DNA of 64,000 nucleotides from the NCBI GenBank assembly GCA_011109175.1, contig RDEW01000015.1:328310-392309 (forward strand), written 5' to 3'. This document shows, in pieces, positions 53,400-64,000 of the stretch. The position numbers were made by a program, and so were the translations under genes. This DNA comes from Dicyema japonicum. Lineage: Eukaryota; Animalia; Dicyemida. The notes below the pieces were generated by a model, which had not been told where the DNA came from, ran no database searches, and saw nothing but the letters and a program-made list of their open reading frames with translations. Within the stretch, counting starts at the first letter, position 1; each line of letters opens with the position of its first letter.

Positions 53400-53795
53400 T
53401 GATTCTAGAAGACTATTCTATTAAAGGGAAACAATTTAAGCCAAAAATTTTATTTTAACAGAAAATCGTGAGAATAACCAAGTGCCGAGAAAAGAAGCCA
53501 AAAACAAGAAACTAATTATTTGATTGAGGATCCTTAAAAATAAAATGATAAAATTTAACCTCAGGTTGGGTGATATTGTTTCTACAAAATTAAATAAAAA
53601 AACTACAGAAATTCCTCAGTTAAAACTTGATTGCAGATTTCTCCCCGTCGATGCCAATTTCCAAGAGGACAGCGGTACATTTCATTCAAATAGGCATCTT
53701 TATTATTATTCGTCTCTTGAGGTTTTTTGACCTAAAGCAGTAAAAATAACAAAAATGACCATTATAAAAGTTAATGTACGAATATTATCTGACAT
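53400..53795 (-). CDS. Possible orphan membrane protein
   Basis: Signal-like MSDNIRTLTFIMVIFVIFTALG, Cys motif CPLGNWHRRGEIC, NIT sequon, introns of 25 and 27 nt, and a hydrophobic segment; needs two homopolymer corrections; 3' end uncertain. Confidence 0.4.
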
Positions 53796-53890
53796 TTGAT
53801 TTTATACTTTATGCGGTAAAAAAAGATTAAAAAGATTAAGCATTACACATTCAAAAACTTTTAAGTATATTAAGTTTTATTAAATAATAA

Positions 53891-54135
53891 ATTTATTCCA
53901 AAGATCAAAGGTAAAACCAAATTAACTAACTCCCTGATCCTGACACGTTCTAGCGATTCCAGAACTTGTATCTAGGTAATGAAATTGTCTCCCGGTGGAA
54001 AGAATAGTTGGATCCTTTTGATGCCGGCCAGGCATTGGGCGTCTCCTTAATAAGGTGAATCCAGTGACGCCATCAGAGTGAAAGAAAACAAATTTTTATT
54101 CGACTAGCCACACAGCACCACATGGCACCACACTA
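53891..54135 (-). mobile_element. SINE-like family A, uninterrupted copy
   Basis: Head TGGTGCCATGTGG, pseudoknot body and stem-loop tail with GGAATAAAT. Confidence 0.75.
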
Positions 54136-54153
54136 CTAATTATTCGAATCGAG

Positions 54154-54266
54154 TCTTTTCACAGGGAGACAATTTCGTTACCTGAAGACAAGTTCTAGAA
54201 TCGTTGAAACGCGTCAAAGATCAGGGAGTTAGTTAGTTTGGTTTTACCTTTGATCTTTGGAATAAT
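54154..54266 (+). mobile_element. SINE-like family A, 5'-truncated copy
   Basis: Matches the tail half of 53891-54135 in the opposite orientation. Confidence 0.75.
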
Positions 54267-54539
54267 TTTATTTTTTTATTTATTAAGGACACTAAGATTT
54301 AAAGTTATATAATTTTACAAGAGAATATTTAATTTTGTAAAAAGCATAATTTTTTTGCATGTTTTAAATATAAAGTCCTGAAAATTCTCTTAATGACCAT
54401 ACAGAATAACCTCTTGAGTTATCTATAAAATGCCCCAGAATACAAGAATCCTCAGGAAATTTCTAGAATCCACAGCTTTTGTTTAAAATTTTCTATTAAA
54501 CTTGCTAAGTTAGTTTTTTATATTCGTCAATAGTTTTTG

Positions 54540-54985
54540 ACGCATTTCGAGACAACTCCATCCCAGGTCATAATAACCAGTGGGATAATCTTGACAATCG
54601 TAGAGAAGCGAAAGCTCACTTGCGAGGAGGTTCTACATGTGACATTTTTCTACTTCCACCTGTTTTAGGCGATCCTGAGATGTAATTCCCACTTTTATTA
54701 GAATTATCTCAATCTTGATAATGTTTGAAAATATCTAATTTGTTGAACTGTCGTTTTAGTCAGAATCGACGTATCGACTTTATCTCAACATTCTGTGTTA
54801 ATAGAATCAACTGAACTGAACGCCCCTTCAACTTTCTAGCCTTTTTGATTCTATATACTCTGCATAGATGGAAATGTAAGCATTCTACAACTTCATTGTG
54901 TCTTCGGATGTGATCATTATTTAACATTCTACCACACTGAGTGGTCAAGTGGTCAACAGTCTTCCTGTTTTTCTTGCAATGAAAG
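54540..54985 (-). mobile_element. Diverged RLE element 3' fragment
   Basis: TTQCGRML..RRHNEVV and nuclease remnants. Confidence 0.7.
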
Positions 54986-55204
54986 AGAAATCTTCAATCA
55001 GAATCCACATGGCATCATGCGACCATTTTCTAATCTTTTAACCATATTTTAGCCAAATAAATTAAGGACATAATTTTTTATATTTGGCAATTTCTTTTGA
55101 ATTTCCATAGGCTTTAGTTATAACATCAAAGATAGATAAAATAATCATTAATATAATAAATCGTTTAGTCAAAACCATATTTGATGGAATAAAAAAGCCA
55201 TTCC

Positions 55205-55645
55205 CTGCTCTCGGTATTCTCTATAAGCAATTCATCGAGCCATCAATCAGTTACGCCTGTGCAGCATGGGGAATTAATCTTTCGTGGACTAACCGTCTTA
55301 AAGTTGATAACACCCTATGTCGAGCGGCAACTACCATAATGCACATCGCAAAGCTGAACAACATTCCACCCAGTCCCTTTGACCACCTTATTGAGCAAAA
55401 CGGCAAGAGCTTCTTGACGTTAACCCTCCAGCAGGACCTGTCGTCGACAGTCTGTCCTGTATCAAGTTTCCAGAAGCACATCACCCCAGTTAGCTTTCTC
55501 ACGAACACTGTCCCCCGCCCATACCGTGAATGTGTTGGGTCAAAAGTCCAGCATCGGGAGAAGCTGAGAAAGCTCTCAGGATTGTCGGGATCACCTAATT
55601 AATTTCAACAAGATTAACTATTGGTGTTTTTGGGTTAAATAAAAA
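55205..55645 (+). mobile_element. LINE 3' end (D-like)
   Basis: LYKQFIEPSISYACAAW, ITPVSFL and a GGGATCACCTAA tail. Confidence 0.75.
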
Positions 55646-56089
55646 AACACCCAAAGTCATTAAACCAGATAATTATGATCAATAAAACACGTTTTATTTA
55701 ACAATAAAATTATGATCATCGATTAAAACAACTCAGTAATTTTGTTGGTCCTAAAATTTCATTTTACTTTGGATAAGATTTTCGACCTCTTCTATCATGG
55801 CGATCATCTCCCACATTTTCCCTAACCTTGAGTTAATGTTAAAATATTATAAATTTGTGCTCATTCTGACTGATAAATACCAACTCTGACGAACGGTGGA
55901 AAATAAAAAAAATACTCCCCTTTTGGAGGTCTTTTCTTATTGCTAAAATATGAAAAAATTAAGCTTTGCCAGGATCTACATCATTACAGAGTGATTGTCT
56001 TAAGGAAACTAAAGCCGAACTTGAAGACTATGCGAAATTTAATAAAGATTTTGATACTCTTTATTAAAAATTTATGTAGATTTTTTGAA

Positions 56090-56652
56090 TCCAACTTTAT
56101 TTAACCAACAATAAAAAAGTTAATATATTTAATAATCAACAACCTTCCTCGCCTGCCTGTTCGCTAGCCTCCTCAGGCAGATTCGATTCTGGTTGCTGAA
56201 ACAACTCAGAGAGCGCCTTGTCCAATTGAACCCTCTGCCCATATGTCATCTCAGGGCTCTGCTTCCTATACTTTAGTGTCAGGCTCTCTAGGGTCCGCTT
56301 TAATACAGTGGACTGTAGATAAAGCTTCCTATCTAACCCCAACTGCTTCAGATAACCATTGTGATAATTTGTTGCAATTCCTTCCCACGGACCTTGCAGC
56401 CAAACATCTGCCTCATCTCGTTTGCAAAAAAGTCATACTTTTTTTCCTCCACCACCACAGTCTGCAAACGGTCTTGAGACGTGATGCCAACCTCTATGAT
56501 GAGGACTTGGCCAGACTCCTTATCGTGTACCACAATGTCCGGTTTATTGTGCTTGACTAGCACCGAGGTACGGATAACACTGTCTACCTTAATTTGTACC
56601 CTGGTGCTCTCTACTACAGATTGCACCTTATGAGTCCGCAACTTTCTGGTGT
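56090..56652 (-). mobile_element. RLE element 3' fragment
   Basis: Very similar to 19345-19945, including the 3' UTR ending TTAAATAAAG. Confidence 0.85.
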
Positions 56653-56759
56653 AAAATTTATGTAGATAAATAAAATCAAAATTTTAAAAATTTAAAGTAA
56701 AAAAATCGCCCTAATTATATCAAACTCTTCAAATCCCTGTCTCATATGTACATACCCCC

Positions 56760-58885
56760 TCATATGTACATCAAAATTTACATACCCACTTCACCGTCAT
56801 GGCCCAGCGGCTCAAACGATTCACCAGGTTGGAGAACACGCTTATTGGCGGTGACCTAAATGCGAAGAGTTCTCAATGGTATGCTGACCAACAACTGGAT
56901 CAACTGGGAGCCCTCACATCCGACACTTTTGACAACTTGATCATTCTCAATAATCCAAGCAAACACACAAGGACCCCTCTCCGTCGAGACGACAACCCTA
57001 CTTTATCAGACATTTCTGTTGCTCTTACTTCTCTCGCGGCTGTTATTTCATGGTATACTATATGCGACTTACATACCGACCATAACCCGATCTTCATGAA
57101 GATCCCACAAAAAATAAGTTAATGACACTCCGAGAACCAATGTGAACTACTCAAAGGCAATATGACCCGCTCTCACACATTTTACCGAACTACACATCCA
57201 GGCCTTCCGGATAGAGAACTTCGGATCTATCGACGCTGCTGTCAAATACCTCAACTAGATTATAATCCGAGCTCGCAAGATGCATTCCGATGGGTCGTCC
57301 TCAACGTCCATCAAACTCAATTGATGCTGAAACGCAAGATCTAATCCAAACGAGAAATAAGCTGAAGAATTTCGAAAGACAATCAGTGGACGTGACTGAA
57401 ATGACATCAAAACTGAACAAAGAAATCATGCGGAACATAACAAAACACAACAAAGAACTTTGGGAAGCCTTGCTCAGAAAAGCTACAAACAATACTTCCC
57501 CCACTGTATTATGGAAATCGATAAGGAGGGTCAAGAAATGCTCTCCACATTTAATTGGACATCGAGAGCCATATCCAAATCCCAATGACATTATGAAGTA
57601 CTTATTAGTCATAAACCATATTCAAAAGACCTTGATGTTCGTTCTGGCAATGGTCGAAGGAATAAATGTCCCAACATGATTTTCTTCGACGTTTCAATGG
57701 TGCACTCAGTAATCAGGAAAATGAATAACTCGTCGTCTTGAGGTTCAGGTGACATCTCCATTCTTGAACTGAAACACTTGGGTTCTTCCGCGACGGCCGC
57801 AATAACACAAATTTTCAACCTCTCAATAAACGAGAACAAGATTCCGTCAATATGGAAAAAATCTCTGATACACCCTATCCTGAAGAAAAACAAACCACCA
57901 AACTGGCTGTCCTCCTACCGCCCGGTGTCCATCATCTGAGCCTTATCACGAGTGTTAGAACTGGTCCTTCTCAAGATCCGTCCTTTCATAACTCTACCAT
58001 CTTTTCTACATGGATTTCACAAAGGACACACAACAACAACTCATCTAACAAAACTGGTTCAATTCATTTCGGACGGCCTGAATATTCTAAATCCAAACGA
58101 GAGAACCGTGCTGGTCTCAGTGGATGTGGAGAATGCTTTTGACTCAGTATCCCAGATGAGCCTTACAGCAAAAATTTTTACGACGTCGATCCACCCTAAA
58201 TTCATGTCATGGTTGGCTATCTTCATCAACGGTCGAATGGGCTAAGCAAACAACCAAAAATAAAAAACCGCGATGCCTTCCAAATGGAGTTCTACAAGTT
58301 GTCTCCAATGCTCTTCAACATGTTCATCACTGACCTACCATCCCCAACCAACAAAAACACAATTCTTCTATCGTATGAGGATGATCTCGTGGTCGCAGTG
58401 AAACATCGAAGAATCGAGGAGGCAAAATCTACTAAACCTGATGGGTCTTTGGTTCCTGAAGAACCGTCTGAATATCACCAAGAAAGTCACATGTAATGAC
58501 GTTTACCTCAGCACGAAAAGAATTACGGGCAACACCACGAATAACATTATAGGACTTCCCGCTTCCCATTAAGAAGACCCTTTCAAACCTTGGAGTCATC
58601 CTGGATCCCCTAATCACATTTACCCATCAAGTGAACCAATCATGGAATACCTTACAGAAGGTCACCAGGATTTCCTCAAGATGATAAAGTCTCCTGACCA
58701 TTCCCTCGGACCGCACATCAGACTATATATGGACGCACATCAGACCTGCCCGAGATATGAAAAGAAACCTTGGAGATAAATCTCCAAAACTAACCGCAGG
58801 AAAAGGACTGGTATAGACACCGGGATCACTTGATTAGACGATAACTTTTATCCTTTGTCTCGTGATTTCGGGGATAATAAAATAA
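56760..58885 (+). mobile_element. APE-RT LINE family B with internal deletion
   Basis: IGGDLNAK, TDHNP, VSVDVENAFDSV, SYEDD and GIT* tail; similar to 13270-15390 and 17400-17664. Confidence 0.85.
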
Positions 58886-59003
58886 ATCCTTGCCTCTTCG
58901 AGTGAAAGAAACCAATGGCCGACGAAAACGTCCGAGTGTGCTCTTTAAAAAACATCGAACACTTAGTAGTTCTAAGAAATGAAAGACTTAATATCTAAAA
59001 TTT

Positions 59004-59237
59004 ATTTATTTAATAACCCCGGGAACACCAAGAAAGAAAGACAAAAGAGTCAGACAGTTAGGTGATCCCAGTCCTCGCAATCACTTGTGCCATTCGACGT
59101 CTGTGATCCTCCATCGTCCCCACTACTTTCCGGAAGAGCTTTCTCTCGGTCTTGCAGAGGAATCCGATCGGGGAGGGGAATTTCTTATCCAATCGGGTTT
59201 CTCTTGCCATGGGAAGGATCAGGCGAAGCGGATTTCC
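59004..59237 (-). mobile_element. 5'-truncated LINE family D with TSD
   Basis: Open frame ..SPIGFLCK..ARTGIT*; 11-bp TSD ATCTAAAATTT at 58993-59003 and 59238-59248. Confidence 0.85.
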
Positions 59238-59669
59238 ATCTAAAATTTGAGAGTGTATTTAGAGAAAGCTTTATTAAAGAAGGCTCATTTTCCAACATCA
59301 ATAAAGGGCAAATTGTATGGTAAAATTAAAGTATTTCCATATGTATACGAATACTTAGGTTTTCGATTCTGTCGTACTCCCCACTATTTTTTTACTAGTT
59401 TCTTTTATGTGTGGTTGAGTAGTGGACACGTCTCCAGTGATGCTATATCATGCAGTTTCTCTACTCAGTCATAGAAAACATTATTTATCCTTGACGGAAA
59501 GCTTATGAGAGTTAATAAATTTGAACAGTCAATGTGAATAACAAATGTTGATTCAATCTCTCTATCATTAGCAAGACTCTTTCTGCTTACGAAAATCCTT
59601 ACATTCTCCTACCCTCACTGTTTCCAAAATAAAGTTAAAAAGCATATTTAAATATCAAATAGTATAAAA

Positions 59670-61063
59670 TCATGTACAGCATTCGGGGGTGAGACCAATC
59701 TCAGCACAATACATCAGCTTTGAAGGTGAGACATCTCTAACACGGCGAATTGCATGTAGGCATATATTCTTACCCCCAAATTTACTGACAACAATATCTC
59801 TGATTTCAGCAATTGCTTCGTCATCACATTTCTGGGAGAAACAGTAACAGTAAAGATTGGGCATCAGACAGTCAACAGAAATATCAAGCATTCTGGCCTT
59901 CTTTGAAGCAGACTTGTAAGATTCAACCATGGAGGAATCCCCGAGGGTCGAAAAACATGGCAAAACTCAACAGCCGCGGCAGGGAGGTTCATAATAACAA
60001 TAACTTTTGGGGAAGTTATCTCCCCCGTTCGAGAAATCATCCCAAAGCTTAGTCAAGCCTGTTTTGAAAACATCCCTAATAAAGTCAACAGCATCCATGT
60101 TGTACGTCGAAATGTTCTTTGACCTCCGATTGAGTCTTATGTTCTCATTAAGCCAGTAATAACACTCAGGGTTCAGATCATTAGCAAACACGTGGTCAGA
60201 CCCCCGGATAGAAGAAGGGACAGAAAAAGGCCCGATTCCAGCGCAAACATCAAATACAACAGTTCCAGGACCGGTTAACTTAACCACGTGTTCATGTTCC
60301 GTACTCAACCTCGAATTCCAGTAAACTTTTGAAAATCCATTTTGAAACGTAACTCCGTTCTCCCGAACACAAGTGACCATCTCATTCTCCCAGCAATTAC
60401 CTCCAGGTCCATAGTCCTGAACGTATTGGAGATGTTGGAAGTCTTCATTACCACTGTGCGGACGTTGTGGACTTTATCGAGAAAAACTTGGCCTACGAAT
60501 TAGTTGGTCCCGAACCAATGACGTAATCGGTAGGAAACAAAGTCATCGTCAATGTTCACGTGAAGAATGTGACCTGTGATTGTGTGAGATGCCATGGAGA
60601 AGCCATAAAGACTACGTAACACGTCCTTCCAGGACCACGTGGTGTAGTCTATTTTCAGCAGCATTTTTACTAGGTTTGCCTCAAATTTGGAGATGAGACT
60701 CTTTATTGTCATTATTAATAAACTTTCTGACGGGACTGAAATCTCCATAGCACGTGACCAGATGTGGATCCAGAATAAGGAGTTTTTTCCCAGATGGAGC
60801 TCTAAAATCGCATATTTGTTCAAAGGAGGACGGCTTTAGCTTAACAAGAGAGTTTCTCAGTTCCTTGGAGAGTTGGCTAACTGACTGTGGTTTAGTAACC
60901 AATCCTAGCACGTGGACCTCTCTTTCAAAAATAGAACGGTCAAGTACTGTCGGGGGTGATGTCTTTTCAATCTCAAACAGCCTTTCCGTTGACCCAAAGT
61001 TGGTTGAGAATACAGAAACGATTCCATAGCTGAGGTAATTCTACTTATTAACAGTCTGTACAT
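59670..61063 (-). CDS. TRMT5: tRNA (guanine-N1)-methyltransferase Trm5
   Basis: LDRSIF, GHILHVN, GQVFLDK, FSKVYWNSRLSTEHE, VFDVCAGIGPFSVP, ANDLNPE, MNLP and RRVRDVSPSKLMYC; introns of ~23-32 nt; several homopolymer indels; may have one more 3' exon. Confidence 0.88.
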
Positions 61064-61150
61064 TCTTACAAAATTAGCACGTGTTATCTTTCAAATTAAT
61101 ATTTATTATTTTATTTTTAATTATTTTTTTCTTTTATGATGTGGAAGCGA

Positions 61151-61234
61151 TGACACGTTTGGTTTGGGGAACTGGGATCACCTAACTAGTTGACTTTACT
61201 TTGTCTTTCTTTCTCGTGATCCCGGGGTTAATAA
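61151..61234 (+). mobile_element. 84-bp LINE-D 3' stub with TSD
   Basis: ..GTGIT*, GGGATCAC/GTGATCCC stem, and 12-bp TSD ATGTGGAAGCGA at 61139-61150 and 61235-61246. Confidence 0.85.
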
Positions 61235-61369
61235 ATGTGGAAGCGAGAACTACAAGATATGTGACATTTATAGTAAATGTTCTGAAATGCCTCAGGCTTT
61301 TGGAATATCGAAATTAATACTGTTATGAGCTCTATTTCCAGTCACCATTGCCACTTGAAAGTCTTGATA

Positions 61370-61535
61370 CGAATGAACCATGGAACGCGCCGTCGTGACT
61401 GCGAAGACCCAGTCACTCGACCGATACGTGCTTGTGTAGGATCGAGGGAGGAGCATCGGCCAAGATGAGGTCCCTGCTAGAGCGTGCTGGAATCACGTGA
61501 TTAGTTGTTTGTGTAACCGTGGTCTCTGGTGATTA
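61370..61535 (+). mobile_element. LINE 3' end of another family
   Basis: ..SAKMRSLLERAGIT* (TGA stop) followed by (ATT)n. Confidence 0.55.
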
Positions 61536-61700
61536 TTATTATTGTCATGTGTCTTACCAATGTTGTAGTGGTGTTACACATTATATCTAGACATAAACCC
61601 CTATTCATTTTTCATTGAGACGTGGATGGTGTCCGTGCTTCTCTTATTATTTCCAAAATGTCAAACCCAATCCTGGATTATCCTCCAAATCAACATGAAT

Positions 61701-62757
61701 GTCCGTTAACGAAATTACGGACTTGACTTTTTTTTCCGTTTATAAATTAAGATTTTTATTCATGATCGTTTTATTTTAAAGTAAGCGAGTTTAGAATAAC
61801 AAATTATTTAAATAGTTAATTTTTGGCTAATTTTAATGCTTTAGTTTGTAATTGCATTAAAATGTCCCGCCACAACTAAAACTACACGTGGTTGAAATAA
61901 ATTCTAAAAATAAAAGAGATTTTTTCTACTTTTAAAATTTTTTAAAATGTTATAAACATATGATTTTTATTTAACGTGAATCAAGGGATTATTTAATGTG
62001 AATCAAAAGAATATTTAATATTCCATGCAATTGCTTTTAGGGCTTCTACTGTTTTAGATTTGTAAGGGATTTTCTTGACTCGTTTTAGCAATAAGTTTTG
62101 TTTCGTTGCTCAATTTCATCAGTTTTATTTGACTTTCGTCAAATTCGTGATTGTGAGAAATTCCTTCTTTGGAAAATTCAAAATTATGATCTGTTTCTTA
62201 GGCTTCCTCTGCATCTTTGTGAAGATTTTTTCACACATTTAAAAATTATATAGTTTTTTGTCACCGAGTGCTTTGTATACATAAAACCCTTAAAACAAAT
62301 TTTCTTTCCTCCTTTGTTAGTTGATATTATCTCCATTTTGTCTCTTATTTTTGGGCAAGCATAATATTTAAAATATGCTTAATTATAACCTTAAAATCAG
62401 TATATTGATTAAGTCAAAAAGATTAAACCAAAGCGAAAAAAGTTAAGTCAATTTTATTATATTAAAAATCCTTGGACCCCAAGCAGATGAGTTGGTTTGT
62501 AAGATCGGCTCCATGATTCAAGCTGTGACCAAATATCCGCGAAAGACTAGTTGGTTCCGAGAACGTATCTCGTTGGCTATTGTTAGGGGAAAAAGCATGG
62601 CCATTCAGATGCCTTAATTTAATTTTTATTCATTTGATAATAAAAAAAAATTTATTATTACCTTGAAATTCTTAAATTGATTTAGTCAAAGCGATTATAC
62701 CAAAGCGGAAAAAAAGTCAAGTCCGTAATTTCGTTAACGGACTTGACTTTTTTTCCG
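61701..62757. repeat. Foldback/MITE-like element with ~37-bp inverted repeats
   Basis: 61701-61738 is the reverse complement of 62706-62742 apart from run length; perfect 21-bp hairpin at 62706-62757. Confidence 0.65.
62480..62650 (+). mobile_element. CRE-like 3' end nested in the foldback element
   Basis: KTSWFRERISLAIVRGK followed by an A-rich tail. Confidence 0.6.
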
Positions 62758-63049
62758 AAAGGGAATAAACCTCGAGCAAAAAATAGTAGCATTTTCGGAG
62801 CTTTACGCTCTGAATCCGTGTATTCTGAGAACGGGAGGATGCAACGAAAATATGCATGGTTTGTTTAGTTTTGTTCATTTCAGATAACGGATGTCTCTCC
62901 AACTCATATTTCGATCAATCAGACGCTAAATTCGCCGGGAATTTTTTCGCCGAGATTTCGGTAACATTTTTGTTAAGAATGGAAAGAGACTCCCAGTTGT
63001 GAAATTGATCTTAAGTTCGAAGGCTGAAGCCTCTAATACACATGGGTAA

Positions 63050-64000
63050 TTATAATTGTATAAAAATCATCTTAAAAATGAAATTAGCATCATCTCATTT
63101 ATTATTTTAGCATCTCTTGTGCATGAGGCACATGGGATCCATTCATTTCCTGGACAAATTCCTTTAAGATCCAAGAAAGATAGGTTTCTCGTTGCAGAAG
63201 GCTGGAATGTGAAGGTAGGAGTCCAAAATGAGACGAAGCCTTTATCGGTCTGTATAGATGAGGAATCAGAAACTTCCTCGGGTCGACATTGGCAAACTTG
63301 TGTCGAGTGTTTATTCCATTTATGCAACACCTACTTTCAACACCCCATGAATGTAGCAATGTCGTTTGCTTTGTGACAAGAGGAATTTGGAAGGTAAACT
63401 AAGACAATGTGGGATCCGCTGAGTTTTACTTTCTTAAAGAAATGATCCAATGCATGAATCCCTCTCTTCTCTATTCAGTGAAGGAATTCTCACAATGCCG
63501 GACATTAATACTTGGAAAATATACGTCCCATTCTTAAAGGGGGGGGGGTTATTAAAAATATTAGTGAATAACCTTTAATGGTTGTTAGTCTGACTATTAT
63601 GTGGTTCTCCTACATTATCGTAGATGCGTGGAACCTTTAAACGAAATGTACAACAACGGATTTCGAACTAGTGACCATTAGGTCTTTTGCCCGGCACTCG
63701 TTACACTGGGCCACCTGGTCATGAACCTGTAAGTGCTTCTTTATTTTGGAAACTTCTGATAGAAAATTTTGTAACAGATAACTTTGCAGACAGACGTCCC
63801 AGTTTTTTAATATGAGAAAGTGACTTGTTGCTTAAAATCAGTTGTCCCTACTCACGGAGCGTAAAAAGACCCAGGGATCTTTTTTAATTCCGTCTTTTAG
63901 AGTTCTTAATTTTTTCGTTATCGGATAATGCGTTTACCATCATCCTAATAATGTTTGTCCCAGAAAGGGAGTTGATAACATTGCGTCACATACCAGTGGC
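63050..64000 (-). mobile_element. Possible LTR-retrotransposon gag/protease relic
   Basis: CNECRAKD knuckle-like and INGI..TLDTSL protease-like scraps, with many stops. Confidence 0.25.

Noticed and set aside
63100-63520. Resemblance to casein kinase II beta (VKL..VYLPNSSCH..D.ATF)
   Set aside because: Stops interrupt it, there is no splice pattern, and neighbouring frames fit a gag/protease relic at least as well
1-64000. CRISPR arrays, rRNA genes, prokaryotic operons
   Set aside because: None seen; the sequence is intron-containing eukaryotic DNA and the tandem repeats lack a repeat-spacer structure

Overview
AT-rich eukaryotic nuclear DNA using the standard genetic code; the gene set looks animal. 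Eight conserved genes could be reconstructed by hand: HADH, clathrin light chain, RPL35A, 6PGD, an NWD1/2-like NACHT-WD40 gene, TIMM50, E(z)/EZH2 and TRMT5, plus one tRNA-Ala(AGC). They are split by about 50 tiny GT-AG introns, almost all 21-35 nt with most at 22-25 nt, which is why the ORF track is so fragmented. This intron size fits a dicyemid-like genome (inference only). Much of the intergenic space is decayed non-LTR retroelements: CRE-like, R4/NeSL-like RLE, Jockey/I-like APE-RT families and RTE-like, plus a SINE-like family and a foldback element. Most interesting: (1) a SINE-like family carrying a nested pseudoknot with HDV-ribozyme topology but a non-canonical core; (2) divergent LINE families whose ORF ends in G-I-T-stop, with those codons forming the 5' arm of a 3' stem-loop that the SINE tail mimics; (3) a 2A-like DIEANPGP motif ahead of a LINE endonuclease; (4) two candidate structured RNAs. 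Several essential genes have single-base homopolymer indels, most likely assembly errors.
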